Assembly: GCA_951406725.2 (NCBI GenBank)
Contig: OX597827.1
Coordinates: forward strand, 59,892,001-59,956,000
DNA: 64,000 nt
Origin: Octopus vulgaris
Taxonomy: Eukaryota
Reading direction: 5' to 3'
Shown: one piece after another, positions 42,183-57,733 of the stretch
Numbering within the stretch: position 1 is the stretch's first letter
Layout: each line of letters opens with the position of its first letter
The notes under the pieces: generated by a model
What the model was told of the DNA's origin: nothing
Database searches by the model: none
What the model saw: the letters and a program-made list of their open reading frames with translations, nothing else
Position numbers and translations under genes: made by a program

Positions 42183-42312
42183 CCTGCACATGTGTCTGTG
42201 TATGTGTGTGTATGCGTCTGTGTGTGTGTTTAGGCTCACAAACCCGTGTGCCTGTGATCATTTTCTCTCAGACAAAATAAAAATAGATAGATAGAGAGAC
42301 AAATAAATAGAC

Positions 42313-42343
<31 letters not shown>

Positions 42344-42810
42344 CAATCGAAGGTACAGATAGTAATAAATTGCGCATTGACTTAAAGCATTAAACATGGA
42401 TAACCTTCCATCATAAATGCATAGAAAGAAAAAGCAAGTCAGCAAATTTCCCGACTTCCGTTTTAAACCCTGTCTGATATACTCCGTCATTGCAACAATG
42501 ATGGAGTATATCACCAATGTTTTTAAAATGGAGGTTACTTGTAACAAAATTCATATGGCATAGTATAGCCGCCATTTTGTTTTGTTCTTTTCACTGCATA
42601 CAAAACTATAGACGTTGAGGCATGATTCACGATCAATATAACATTATTTGATTATAATTACTTAAAGAAATATGTCATAATAAATTTAGCCAGACTCTAA
42701 TCTTTGTTGCATATCTTGTGTACGCAAGAAATACAAGGATAAGATTACGTACAGGAATATTTCGTTTGCACATATCTATGCATGTATGCGCATGTATATG
42801 CGTGTGTGTA

Positions 42811-42860
<50 letters not shown>

Positions 42861-42922
42861 TTTGTTTGCGCAGGTGTGTATGTATGTATGTGTGTATGCA
42901 TGTATGCATATGTGTGGGTGTG

Positions 42923-42963
<41 letters not shown>

Positions 42964-43238
42964 ATGTATGCGTATGAATGTATGTGTGCATGTATATATA
43001 GATTATATCCGAAAACATGGTATTATATGAGCACACACACACAAACATATACTTATTCATGTATCTGTCTTTAAATATATATATATATATATTTAGGCAA
43101 ATCCAATTGTATAAACCATATTTCATGCTCATATATGTCAAAGTGTATATGAATATTTCTTACATACCATAGCATATTGTATATATTATATATAAATGCA
43201 TATTTTTCATACGTACTATGCATATCATAAATATCATA

Positions 43239-43304
<66 letters not shown>

Positions 43305-43376
43305 CATATAATATACATGTATATGTATATAGATAAACATATATAGATATAGATAGACATATATAGATAGACAGAT

Positions 43377-43435
<59 letters not shown>

Positions 43436-43531
43436 TTCTTGCGAATTGATAATATGATAGTATCTGTTTGTCATACATGTGTGGGTGGTTGAGTGGGGGT
43501 ATATGTATATATGCACATTGTATGAATATAA

Positions 43532-43583
<52 letters not shown>

Positions 43584-43782
43584 TACATATATATGTAGGT
43601 TTGTGTATGTGTCTAATCAGATAGATACGTATACACAAAAAATCATATACATTACAAAGAACACACATGGCAACATGACACAAACACAGCCTAAGAGAGA
43701 ATCCACTGTATTGCTGATCTAAGCACTTCATGCTTGGATGTGATTAAGAAAGAGTCTGTTCGTTTGCGTATATATGTGTTTA

Positions 43783-43849
<67 letters not shown>

Positions 43850-44193
43850 GCGTGTGTATTTGTGTAGGAGTTGGTGTTAGACGGCTTTCTGAGACAGTCG
43901 TTGATATCATTTGATTAAGAGGATAATTCAGTAAGGTTTCCTCTGCTAAAGCGGATGATGGGTATTAGTGAAACAATGTTTGTATGTATGCATGTGTGTG
44001 TGTGTGTGTGTGTGTGTGTAACTGTGTGCGTATGCGGGTGTAGGGTACGTGTGTGGGTGTGTGGGTGTATGTGTGTACGTGCGCGTTTGTATGTATACAG
44101 GCATATGTGTATATATGCATATATTTGTGTGTTATGTATATGCAAATATTTATATATATATGGAAAACACCTGTATATATTTATGTGTGTACG

Positions 44194-44259
<66 letters not shown>

Positions 44260-44354
44260 TATATGAACATATGTATATACTTGTGTGTTAGTGTATTTAC
44301 ATAGATAAATATTTCTTTGTATATCAACATGTAGTAATAGCAGTAGTTGTTGTT

Positions 44355-44433
<79 letters not shown>

Positions 44434-44627
44434 CAGCGGCGGCAGCGGCGGCAGCAGCGGCAGCAGCTGTAGTATTTGTTTTTGTTGTTTCTATTCTTAT
44501 TTTTATAAGAAAGTAATGCAATAGATGACATTTTTACTTGAGTAAGGACGTGCACATATACGATATATTTATATGTACACCTCTCTGAATATGTATGTTC
44601 CCCCCTCTCTCTCTCTCTCTCTCTTTC

Positions 44628-44688
<61 letters not shown>

Positions 44689-44691
<3 letters not shown>

Positions 44692-45917
44692 GGTGCGTAA
44701 CGTAGTTGTAGACATACCTTTTTTGGGTCATTGCTGCATTCATTGCTAACTCTCTATAATCTTTGTTTCAGAAAATAATAATGGCAGATCCTCAGCTTAC
44801 TCGGGAAATGAAGAGGTATGCTGTCATTGTTATTATAAATGCTGAGCATAACGATTTAGAAATATCTCGTTTTTAAAAGTTGCCTGATGTTTCGTCTGCA
44901 ATGTTTGTAAGGGGCTAGAGACTGAAGATGGAAACACATCACCAGTATCAAAGCATGAAAAGCATTCTAAACGCTCTGAAATCATCTGAACACTTGAATT
45001 TATCCAGCAAGTTCAACAGAGCATTGATTACAATCCCAGAAAGTCAATGAGGTCAATTGCAAAAGATTTCCATGTGTCAGAAGGAACAATCAGAAATGAT
45101 GTCCACGAAGACATCAGATATAAATTTAATATGATGAGGAAAGGTCAGGAAAAATAAAAAAAAATCACTACACCAGATCTAAAAAGGCTCTTAAATAAAC
45201 TGAAAAATTCAGCAGAAGATTTGATTTGGTTTTTCTCAAGCGAGAAAAGCTTCGACCAAGATCAAAAAGTGAACAGAAGAAATGACAAATGGTTATGTGC
45301 AGACCCTTTTGAAGTTCCAAGTGCCAAGCATACACAATTTCCTGCAACTGTCATGGTTTTAGAGGTTGTCAGCAATGAAGGACACACGGCTTTAGAGTTA
45401 ACTGCTGTCTACATTGAGGTCCTGGAAATAACTGTTAAGCCCTGGATAGACAGTGTATGTAATGGAAGGCCATATGTGTTTCAGTAAGACTCTGCACTAT
45501 CACACATGGCTCTAGTAACACAGGAATGACTGGCTGAACATTTTCATTATCACATAACTCCTAACGTTTGGCCTCATAATTCCCCAGATCTTAATCCATT
45601 GGACTTTTACCTGTGGGGCGTTGTTGAAAGAGAGGTCAATTAACACGCCCATAAAACTAAAGATTCTTTGAAAGCTGCCATAGTCAGACTAATGTCCAAA
45701 ATGAACAAGGACCACTTGATTCGAGCATGTAGATGATTTAGATCTCGTATAGAAGCAGTTGTTGAAGCTGAAGGTGGCTTAATTGAAAGGGTTTATTGAA
45801 AAGGTTTAAAATATTTTCCTCAAAACATTTTTTTGTTAAATAAGAATATTATATGTTATATATATCTGTTTGCTTTTTATAATCATAAATCTGTCGTCAA
45901 ATACCTTACGTACCCTG
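44689..45917 (+). mobile_element. Decayed maT (DD37D) Tc1/mariner-superfamily transposon
   Basis: Diverged TIRs gggtgcgtaacgtagttg and caaataccttacgtaccctg, flanked by TA. Disrupted transposase from ATG 44781 includes WFFSSEK, VFQ*DSALSH and WPHNSPDLNPLDF, with 37 residues between the last two D's. Confidence 0.9.
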
Positions 45918-46179
45918 TATATATTTTTAAAACAAGTTTTAAAACGGCGGTGCCTCAGCATGGCCGCAGTTCTTGGACTGAAACTTAAAAGAATATATAT
46001 ATACGTTTATATATTTGTTTTGCAAGATTTTTGATGTGAAATCGTGTGTTGAAACAGATATTGTTGTATTTAGGAATGGTCATTTTGCCAATTTAGCCAA
46101 TAAAAACACACGCACTATATATTTGGTGTTACTTTGCTTCAGCGTTATTTATTTTTTACATTAATCTTAATCTTATTTC

Positions 46180-46223
46180 GGCCAGAGTTCTTTCGTCACA
46201 CTCCTGTGACCTCATCAGTGGTC
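46180..46223 (-). ncRNA. Minimal type I hammerhead ribozyme motif
   Basis: Minus strand reads cca CTGATGA g gtcaca ggag tgtgac GAAA g aa CTC tgg: canonical core with a 6-bp stem II. Confidence 0.8.
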
Positions 46224-46464
46224 TTTTGCTTTCTTCTTTCTTATTTGTGTGTCTCTCTTTACTAACGGTCAGCCATTTTGTATTCCTATTGTATGTGTCT
46301 TCATTTGCGCATGCGTATATCTCTATGTGTGTCTATGTTTAGTTAGTGTGTGTGTGGGGGTGGAGTGCCTGTAATATTTGTATCTCCTGTATATATACGT
46401 TCGTGTAATTTGTTTTTGTTTTTGTTTATTTTTATTATTATACATACATACATACATACTTACA

Positions 46465-46770
46465 TAAATCAAGAAATTCCAATCAAGTATGATTTTTACG
46501 TTTTCTCTATTGCAATTCTTAATATTTTGCAATTTTACAATTTTACAATATTGAAAGAAACAAGGACTTCCATGCGTTACACAATCATCAGGTTTATCTA
46601 GTGACAGCCGTGTTCCAGGAACACGACTGTCACTACATAAACCTGATGATTGCGTAATGTATGAAAGTACTAGTGTATTTTAATATTGTAGAATTGTAAA
46701 ATATATTGTAAAACTTGCAAGTAGTAAAACGTGAAAATTAGATTAAATTGGAATTTCATTGATTAATATA
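46465..46770. mobile_element. Diverged fold-back element with paired hammerheads
   Basis: Apex gtgttcc a ggaacac at about 46610-46624. Plus 46639-46676 reads aaac CTGATGA t tgcg taa tgta t GAAA gtac TA gtgt. Mirror copy at 46558-46595. Confidence 0.75.
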
Positions 46771-46796
46771 TCCTTCTATACACAATCATACAAACT

Positions 46797-46867
<71 letters not shown>

Positions 46868-47030
46868 AAAGTGAGCGGGAAAGGATGTGTATATATGGGT
46901 GGTTTTGTATGTGTGTGTAGTTAAATAACTACTTACATGCACATAACTGCTGCAATGTTAAGTCCATGTTTGAACTATGATCTTCCCAGCTCCATTCTAT
47001 GCATATTCAACACACATACATGTATGTATG

Positions 47031-47157
<127 letters not shown>

Positions 47158-49154
47158 CCTACACATACATTCGCGCGCAAACACACTCGCACACATATAC
47201 ACTCACATACACGTATGAGTATTGGAGTATACGCATGTAGATGTATACATGTATGCATGTGTATGAACGAGTGTATAAAAGCCACACGTATACTGAGAAA
47301 CGGCAACGTATATACATACGTCCATTTAGACAGACACGGTAGTGCGTGCCTCTGTGTGTGTGCGTATGTGTGTGTGTAAGTGTGTGTGTGTGTGTGTGTA
47401 TGTGTGTGTGTGTGTGTCTATTGTTGACTTTAGAAGCTCCATTGGATAGCTGTGAGTGACATGTCTATGTTTATAGGCTACAGGCGTGACATCGCCCGGT
47501 GCTAATGTTTACACTTCTGGTCAGGTGACAGTGGTCATGGGGGTGGGGAGGTGTTAATGAGGGATAATGTGGTGGTAGACGGGAGCTTAATGGAGGTGAT
47601 GCAGGGGCTTAAACGGAGTTTGGAATGATTTAGGAGGGTGGCGATGACGATGGTGGATGTGGTGGTGGTGGTGGTGGTGCTAGCGGCGGTGATGCTGACA
47701 GTGGTCGTGGTGTTGGCGGTGGTCGTGGTGTTGGCGGTGTTCATGGTGTTGGTGGTAGTCGTGGTGTTGGCGGTGATGATGATGGTGGTGGTGATGGTGG
47801 TGGTGGTCGTCGGAATGTGCTAGCGGTGGTGATGCTGACAGTAGTCGTGGTGTTGGCGGTGGTGTTGGCGTTGGTCGTGGTGATGGTGTGATGGTAGTGG
47901 TGTTGGTGGTAGTATTAGGAGTTGTTGGTGTGGTGTTCAAGAGAGGCTGGAATTGTTTGGGGTTGGATGGAACGTCTGGACATGTAAGGAGTGAATGTGA
48001 GAAACGGAAGAGGTGGGGGGAAAGAGTCAGAAATAGTGGTGGAGGTGAAGATTAAATGATAGGGAGAGAGAAATATAGAGAAAAGGGCGAAAGGGTAAGA
48101 GTGGTAGGAAGAGGAAACAAGAAGGAATCGGTTGAAGAAAAGGTATACATCGAGTGGGAGCACGGGGGAGATGGATTGATACACAGCGAGGGGGAAGGGA
48201 GTGGAAAGAAAGAGAGGGGAAGAGGGGAGGAGGAAAGAGAGAGGGTGGAAGAGAGAGGCATGGGAAGATAGAGGGATGGGAAGATAGAGAGAGGGAGAGA
48301 GGGGTGGGGAAGAGGGGGAAAGGGGGAAAAGAGGGGGAGAGAGGGGGTGGGGAAGAGGGGGAAAGCGAAAAAAGAGGGGGAGAGAGGAAAAAAAGAGGGG
48401 TGGGAGAGGGGGGGGGAAAAGAGGGGCTGAGAGGGGGAAAGAGAGAAGGGGAGAAAGAAGAAGGTTAGGAGTAATAAGACGCGAGAGAATGAGAGTGAGA
48501 ATGAATGAAATGGAATGAAATACTGAATGAAATATTGAATGAAATAGACGGGAATGTCGGGGGGGGGGGGAGGAAAAGACGTATATAGATCCCTTTCATA
48601 TATGTATGTGTTTATGTGTAGACATGTGTATGTGTGTGTGTGTGTGTGTGTATGTATGTTTGCTTGTCAGAATGTGATTGTGTATGTGCGTGTATCTTCA
48701 TGTTAACATATGTTATTATGCGTGTATGTGTGTGTTTGCATGTTAGCATGTGTGTCTGTGTGTATATGCACATCAACGTGTGTGTGTGTGTGTGTGTGTG
48801 ATCATGTCAGCAGGTGTCTGTATGCGGGTGTATGTGTGCATGCCAGCATTTGTGCACATGCACATATACGTATACTAGTGTGTATATGTGAATAAATGTA
48901 TTTGATTGTATGTAAGCATGTATGCGCATGCGCATCTTTGTATGTGTATGTGTGTGTATGTACATACTGCGCATACGTATCATACGTATACTTGTATCCG
49001 ATGTTTTCAATGTATACGCACGTTTATTCGAACAAATTTTCAGCAGAAAATATGTAATAGAGAAGAAAAAAAATGTTTCCCTAATGAGACTAGTATACGG
49101 CAGAAACTCCGAGTAACGGTGCAAAAAATAACAGCGAAGTACATTAGGGTAAAG

Positions 49155-49830
49155 AACCCCTTATGCCATGAACAACCATGGAATTACACCAAGAAAGTTC
49201 CTCCTCGAAGCAAAAGTCCGGGTAAGGTTGTGTATGGAAGACGAGCAGTCGTCCATGTGGTAAGTAGCTTGCTTTCCATCCACATGGTTCCGGGTTCAGT
49301 CCCACTGCGTGGTACCTTAGGCAAGTATCTTCTACTATAGCCTCGGACCGACCAAAGTCTTGTGAGTGGATTTGGTAGGTGGAAACTGAAAAAAGCCCAT
49401 CGTATATATGTATACATATGTGTGTGTGTGTGTGTGTGTGTGTCTGTGTGTCTGTGTATGTTTGTGTGTCTGTGTTTGTCTCCCCAACATCGCTTGGCAA
49501 CCGATGCTGGTGTCAAGTACTAGGCTTACAAAGAATACGTCCTGGGGTCGATTTGCTCGACTAAAGGTGGTGCTCTAGCATGGCCACAGTCAAATGACTG
49601 AAACAAATAAAAGAGTAAAGAGTAAAGACTAAGAGAGAGAGCATACTACCCTCCGCTCTTCATGCCACTGATATTGTCCAAGAGAAAAGCAAAAACCGAA
49701 AACGCATTTCTACAGGTGAGTGAACTGGAGCAACGTGGAATAAAGTGTCTTTGACAAGAACACAACACACAACTCGGTTCGGGATTCGAACTCACTACGT
49801 TATGACTGCGAGCTCGACGCTCTAACCAAT
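49155..49830 (-). mobile_element. SINE family B split by insertion of SINE family C (49257-49630, +)
   Basis: The B halves ..gcagtcgtccatg and gcatactaccctcc.. are contiguous in the other B copies. Confidence 0.85.
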
Positions 49831-50252
49831 GATCCAGTAAGCCATGCGAAGTTAATTAAATAAATATATTTATCAACAGTCGCAGGTGTGGGACTGTGGT
49901 TCAGAAACTTGCTTCCCAACCATGTGATCTTGGATTCAGTCCCAATGAGTGGCACCAGTGTGTGAGTGTGTGTGTGTGTGTGGTACTAAAATGAGTTTGG
50001 TCAGAAGGGCAAACGGTTGGATGTGGACAGATGAACAGATAGGTGGATGAATGAGATGGATGGATACGAAAGGAGAAGCAGATTGTGGCGTGATGATAAA
50101 GAGTGACGATAATGATGAGTGATGAATGATAATGCAGGAGGTAATAATAATGATGATCATCATCATCATAATCATCAGCAGCAGATTCACCATTATCTTC
50201 ATTATCATCATCACCATGAAAAAGATACAGTTACACGCCCAAAAGCAATAAT

Positions 50253-50342
<90 letters not shown>

Positions 50343-50631
50343 TGAGGAAATACACAAATAAATAAGTATAAAAGTAAATAAATCAAAATGTCTTCTGGTG
50401 TTGAGCCTCCGCCAAATTTCAGTGACCTTATAGGAATGTGGAGGACAGGTCAACATTGTGGAAAGTAAGTAAAATAAATAAACAGACGGGTAGATGTATA
50501 TCTATATATAAGAATACACAAACACATACACACACACACACATACACACACATATTATACAGAGAGAGAAGGGAGAGAAAGAGAAACAGAGCGATACTTA
50601 CAAACAGGTCAACAGACCGATATACAGTATA

Positions 50632-50689
<58 letters not shown>

Positions 50690-50690
50690 A

Positions 50691-50901
50691 GGCGGCGAGC
50701 TGGCAGAAACGTTAGCGCGCCGGGCGAAATGCTTAGCGATATTTCGTCTGCCGCTAAGTTCTGAGTTCAAATTCCGTTGAGGTCGACTTTGCCTTTCATC
50801 CTTTCGGGGTCGATAAATAAAGTACCATATAATCGACCTAATCCCTTTGTCTGTCCTTGTTTGTCCCCTCTATGTTTAGCCCCTTGTGGACAATAAAGAA
50901 A
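50691..50901 (+). mobile_element. SINE family A
   Basis: Match with a small internal deletion. Confidence 0.9.
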
Positions 50902-51027
50902 TATATATATATACATGGGCGTAGGCGTGGCTGTGTTGTAAGTAGATTGCTTCCCAACCATATGATTCCAAACCCTTGTGAGTGGATTTGGTTGACGGAA
51001 ACTGAGAGACGCCCTTTTATATATATA

Positions 51028-51415
<388 letters not shown>

Positions 51416-52169
51416 CTGTTCGAGATAAATCTTTTAGATAGAAATACGTCGTCAGACGAGCCTAACCGAACATAGAGCAACGAAAGCGTACTGGACACAT
51501 TCCTTTAGAGTTCCAGTATTACTTACATGTTGAATGACGTCGAAACGGCTGTTGTGATGAATAAGATGTATCCCTCTCCCGTCGAAGTCCTGAAGATCGC
51601 TCGCCACCTTCCGTTTATTGCGAAGTTCAAGCAGTTTCCTTTCAAGAATAAGCAGCCGTGTGGTGAACCAATCAGAAAGGACTGCAGAGAAACGCGAAAC
51701 GTTTTCTTCTTCCTACACATCTTCAGACAACCGTCTTCTGTATCTCTAGATGTATCTCCCCTTTCCTGAGATCTATGTATCAGCACTGTACCTTTAGCGG
51801 GTTGGAGAATACACGCTATGTGAGAATTGTTATTTTATTTCATGATAATTGCGATTCACAATTACGGTGTGAATTGTTCTTTGAGTTTATGGTGTTATGT
51901 GGCAAATGTGTGGAGTATATGTTGTCGGGCGGGTCTTGTTGTATTATTGGATGGCGGTTTTGTAGAGTATGAATTATAATAGTTATTGCTGGTGTATGAG
52001 TTTCGCTATAGTATCAAGTGTGGATTGTGTAAGATTATCCGTTCAGGGGTGGGTTTTCTTTTGTTGGTTTCAGGTGGATGGGTTCACAGTGAATATAACG
52101 TGTTACGTTGGTTATATCATTTTACTGGCTCGCGATTCTGTATTATTTTTATTTGTTATTATTATTGTT

Positions 52170-52722
52170 AGTGAATGAGAGAGCAGCGCATGCCATCAAA
52201 GTGACACTGGGGTACAAATATACGAAGCCTAATATACCCAGCATGACTACACGTCTGATAAGGGTACACCAGACACATGCATCACAACCATATGTGCGCG
52301 AAATGGTGATTTCATATCAAGGTTAACAGCGCATGACCTTGCAGGTGGGGCCCACTTAGAATTATTTTTCAGATCGAGTAGCCCATCCTGCTCAAAAGGT
52401 CCCTGATTAAGGGTTGTTTAAGGATGTTGAACGAAACATCCCTGTTTCCAGAGGTTAATTATTCAAGCCACAAATAATTCCTCTCACCACATGGGTATGA
52501 TGCTCTCCTACTACTTCTGCTCGTGGTCAGAGATTCACATATTGTCAGCTACCAAGGACTTGCTCAACAGATTCAGGTAAAAAAAAACTGACAAGCAAAT
52601 CTGTGATATTGAGCAGAATTTTTGTTGTAGCCCATCTTTTACACCAAGACAAAACATACATAGCACTTTCAATCAGTTCACATCAGACGCCATGAGAGCC
52701 ACTGCCTGGTACTGCATTAGGG

Positions 52723-52723
<1 letters not shown>
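52170..52723 (-). mobile_element. ~550-bp non-coding insert within a (TAA)n tract
   Basis: Complex sequence bounded by (TTA)n on both sides, with no ORF. Only one copy here, so repeat status and orientation are inferred. Confidence 0.5.
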
Positions 52724-52797
<74 letters not shown>

Positions 52798-52804
52798 CAT
52801 TATT

Positions 52805-52927
<123 letters not shown>

Positions 52928-53161
52928 GAATATAAAGATCAAGTAGATTGAGATGATTGATTTTTATGGTACACAGAATAAGAATTGGAACATATAGAAA
53001 TACTTTACGTTTAAATTTCTGTAATTTTGAATTTCATCACTGCTTATTTTGAACTTGAGAAAGACAAACGTACTTTTGAAATATCGTTCAACTAATAAAA
53101 TATCTTATAATCGAATCGTGCTCTTCCTCTTGACTATTATTATTAGTACTACTACTACTAC

Positions 53162-53218
<57 letters not shown>

Positions 53219-53282
53219 CATTATTATTATTTTTATTATTATTATTGTCATCATCACCATCATCATCATTATTATTATTATC

Positions 53283-53315
<33 letters not shown>

Positions 53316-53489
53316 GTTGTTGTTGTTATTATTATTATTATTAATGTTACACTGACATCCTCATTGAAAATTATTGTTTTCCATTATTTCTACATTTTGC
53401 CTATGCTGCAAACACACTTCTTACCCACCGAAATCTTTTTAAATCTGTGAATCAATACACCATTTTACCGGCTTCACGCTGTATTTTGG

Positions 53490-53536
<47 letters not shown>

Positions 53537-53628
53537 GACGTTTACGCCATCTTTCCTCATATTCTTCTTTCTGTTGTTGCAGTCATTGTCGCTGCGTAGT
53601 TGATGGTATCCAAGGCGTTGTTGCTGTG

Positions 53629-53660
<32 letters not shown>

Positions 53661-53782
53661 CATAGGAGATATCGTTAATGTGGTTCCTAAAGATGGCTTT
53701 TGCATGTTCTTGGTGTACGTCTTAAACACGATGCGCACATACATATGTGAGCGCACGCACATACGTAGACAAGCACACACAC

Positions 53783-53824
<42 letters not shown>

Positions 53825-53878
53825 TAATTCATATTTCTATGCGTGAGCAAGAGAAGTTCATACGGATAGTGAGTGCGC

Positions 53879-53924
<46 letters not shown>

Positions 53925-54078
53925 GTATGAGTGCATGTATGTATGTGTATATATGTATATGTATATATATATATATAGATAGATAGATAGATATAGATAT
54001 ATATATATACGTACATGTATTCATACGCACGCCCACACATATCTCATCACGCATAGATTTATACATACATACCTCTCC

Positions 54079-54152
<74 letters not shown>

Positions 54153-54292
54153 CTATATATCTATATATACATATATACATAGACATATGTACGTATTTAT
54201 TATGTGACACATACGCACAAACACACATATATGTATGTATATATTCACACATACGTGTGTGCACATAATTAAACACATACAAAAATACATCA

Positions 54293-54339
<47 letters not shown>

Positions 54340-54623
54340 GTACAAATATATTTATGTATAACATGTATTTACATATATACATATTCATGCATGTATATGT
54401 ATACATATGCCCGCCCACACGCACAAATACCCATATATGTATGTATATATTCGCACATATGTGTGTACACATAATTACACACATACAAAATACATCAATA
54501 CATACACACACACGCACACACACGTGTATATATATATATATTATGTACAAATACATTTATGTATAACATGTATTTACATATTCATGGTTCTATATGCATA
54601 CATATGCACGCCCACACGCTCAA

Positions 54624-54674
<51 letters not shown>

Positions 54675-55084
54675 TACATACACATAATAGGATTAAGCAA
54701 AGCCGTCGGGACGTTAGCAAATCCCTATATCTGCTGAAATATGCTAGATACATCTGCGCAGTCATCGTTCTATCTGGCCGACCATTCAACCATCCATCTA
54801 ACCATCCTCTCACACACCTTTCACGTATCCATACATCCAGCCGTACACACACTCTTCTAGCCGACTTGATAGCTATCTGAATAACGGAGTTTATTTTATT
54901 ATCTCTGCTGCGTATGTATTTGTGTGTATGTATAATCTAAGTGTGTGTATATGTGTGTGTATGAATATACGTACGTCTGCGTATGGCTGTGTGCGTATCT
55001 ATCTCACTATATACAAATGGATGTTTGTATACATGTATGTGTGCGTATGTGTGTGTTTTTGTGTGTATACATATATATATATAC

Positions 55085-55146
<62 letters not shown>

Positions 55147-55300
55147 GTATATATACATATATATGTATATATATATATACATATGTATACATATAAGTTT
55201 TATATATACATATATTATATATATATATATATATATACATACTTACATATATATACGCACATGCTTATATTTACGTTCTACTTTTCTGTAGTCATATATT

Positions 55301-55337
<37 letters not shown>

Positions 55338-55348
55338 GTAATATACAT

Positions 55349-55410
<62 letters not shown>

Positions 55411-55411
55411 C

Positions 55412-55450
<39 letters not shown>

Positions 55451-55451
55451 C

Positions 55452-55503
<52 letters not shown>

Positions 55504-55852
55504 CATACATACATACATACATACATACATACATACATACATACATAAACAGACAGAAAGAAAGAACGAAAGAAAGAAACAAACAAACAAACAAACAAAG
55601 GTAAGGATATATACACCTTGTATTAAAAGACAATTTTTCTATGTACACATAACATACATACATACGTGCACGTACATTTGTGTATGCGTGTATGTATACA
55701 TAATATGTTATATACGTATAAGTATGTATGCATGTATATATCCGTATATGTGTCCGTATGCGTGTGCGTGTGCGTATATGCGTGTGTTTCTGTTTGTATG
55801 TTTGGCGTGTGCTCGCGTGTTTCTAGATTATACGCGCATATGTGTGTGTATA

Positions 55853-55913
<61 letters not shown>

Positions 55914-56315
55914 CAATAGAAAGATAAGAGAGAGCGGGATGTGAGGATGAAAATGTGAAGTGAAAGATGGGTTAAAGATAGGAAAGGGTCTAAGAGTTGA
56001 ATGTTTTTCGTTTCAATTAGGGTAAGGTATTTGGTGTTATTATTTGCCTATAATCCGTTAATAGATTGAGAGGTGAAAATATTAGCGACTAAACAGTAAC
56101 AGCAGCAGCAACGACAACAACAGCAACAAAAACAACGACAATAGCAACAACAACAATATATGAAAACCAACATGTCCTCTGGTGAAGTATTAACCGAATT
56201 AAATGAGAGAAACACGAACGCATGTTTGTACGTGTCTTTGAATGCCTCACGATATAGAAGTATATATACATCTGTTATAGATATACATACATACATACAT
56301 ACATACATACATACA

Positions 56316-56368
<53 letters not shown>

Positions 56369-56641
56369 GTTTGCATATATATATATATATATATATATAC
56401 ATTTGTATATATATCCATATATATGCATATGCACATATATATCCATATATATGCATATGCACATATATACGTATATTTCTGTGTGTGTGTGTGTGTGTTT
56501 GCGAGTATGCATGTATAATATAACACATACATGGAATATTAAGATACATATAAATGCATATGCATATATTTTTATAGTCAAACACGAAAGTTTATAGAAA
56601 GTTTATTCACATATGTATGTGCACAGCCAAACTCACACACA

Positions 56642-56699
<58 letters not shown>

Positions 56700-56844
56700 T
56701 ATATACATGTATATATATTCCTACGTACATACATGCATATATACATACAAATATGCTTTTGTAGGTTCCATCACATACTTTTATACAATCTCGTATTTCG
56801 GGAGTGTAAACCCCAAAATCCATAAACACCATATATATTTTTTT

Positions 56845-57300
56845 TTCTCTATTTTCAGCTCTGAGCCGTGGCTATGCTGATGCACCGCCGTTTTGCTACA
56901 CTGTTATTACTAAGAGCCTCCTCTAATATGTGGCACTTGGTGAAGAATGGAGTTTGATATAGCTACCCTGATTTGCACCTCTTGCCGTGAGGTAGGTTCA
57001 TCTGGGACTCTCAACAAGAAGAGGTCAAGCTTTGATTTAAAAAACCCTACATCTACTTTGTGCAAGTTCCTCAGACTCTTCAGGAGAACATTAAAAAGCT
57101 GTGGGCCCTTAAAACCCAGGTTGTTGCAGTAACTGGTCCTGAAGTGTGATGGCATTGCTGTGACCTTTGGCACTATGCAGTGTCGTCCCGTTCTGGTATT
57201 GGTGTAGCTTTCAATGTCAAAATTTGGCACTATTCCTTCCAGGATCTTCCAGATATACATCACTGCATACCTCTCCCGTCTTCTCTCCATAGAGTAGAGT

Positions 57301-57302
<2 letters not shown>
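56845..57302 (-). mobile_element. 3' end of a CR1-like LINE (ORF2 C-terminus and 3' tail)
   Basis: LYSMERRRERYAVMYIWKILEGIVPN..GPQLFNVL..FKSKLDLFLLRVPDEP..SNSILHQ is typical of post-RT C-termini of the CR1 group. The tail is ggcggtgcatcagcatagccacggctcagagctgaaa. Confidence 0.8.
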
Positions 57303-57334
<32 letters not shown>

Positions 57335-57551
57335 ATGTATGTATGTATGTATGTATGTATGTATGTATGTATAAATGAAATAAAAATTGCAATGTGTGAA
57401 ATAAGTATTTATTTTCATTGACTACAAAAAGAATTCTAACAAGATCTATATAAATGAGCAATCTGATTTGTCTTCATTGGAATAGCATTAAAAGACAAGG
57501 CATGCTGGAGTCTGCTGCTGATTACAGAAATATTTGTAGGTTTATATGTAA

Positions 57552-57672
57552 CTAGCAGTATAACCCGGCCTTGCCCGGGGTTAAGTTACGATTATTAAGC
57601 TAATCAAGTTCTTTATTTCAAACCAAACTAAGTATATCGACGTCAAATTTGGGCAAAATCCGTTGTAATTGG

Positions 57673-57733
<61 letters not shown>

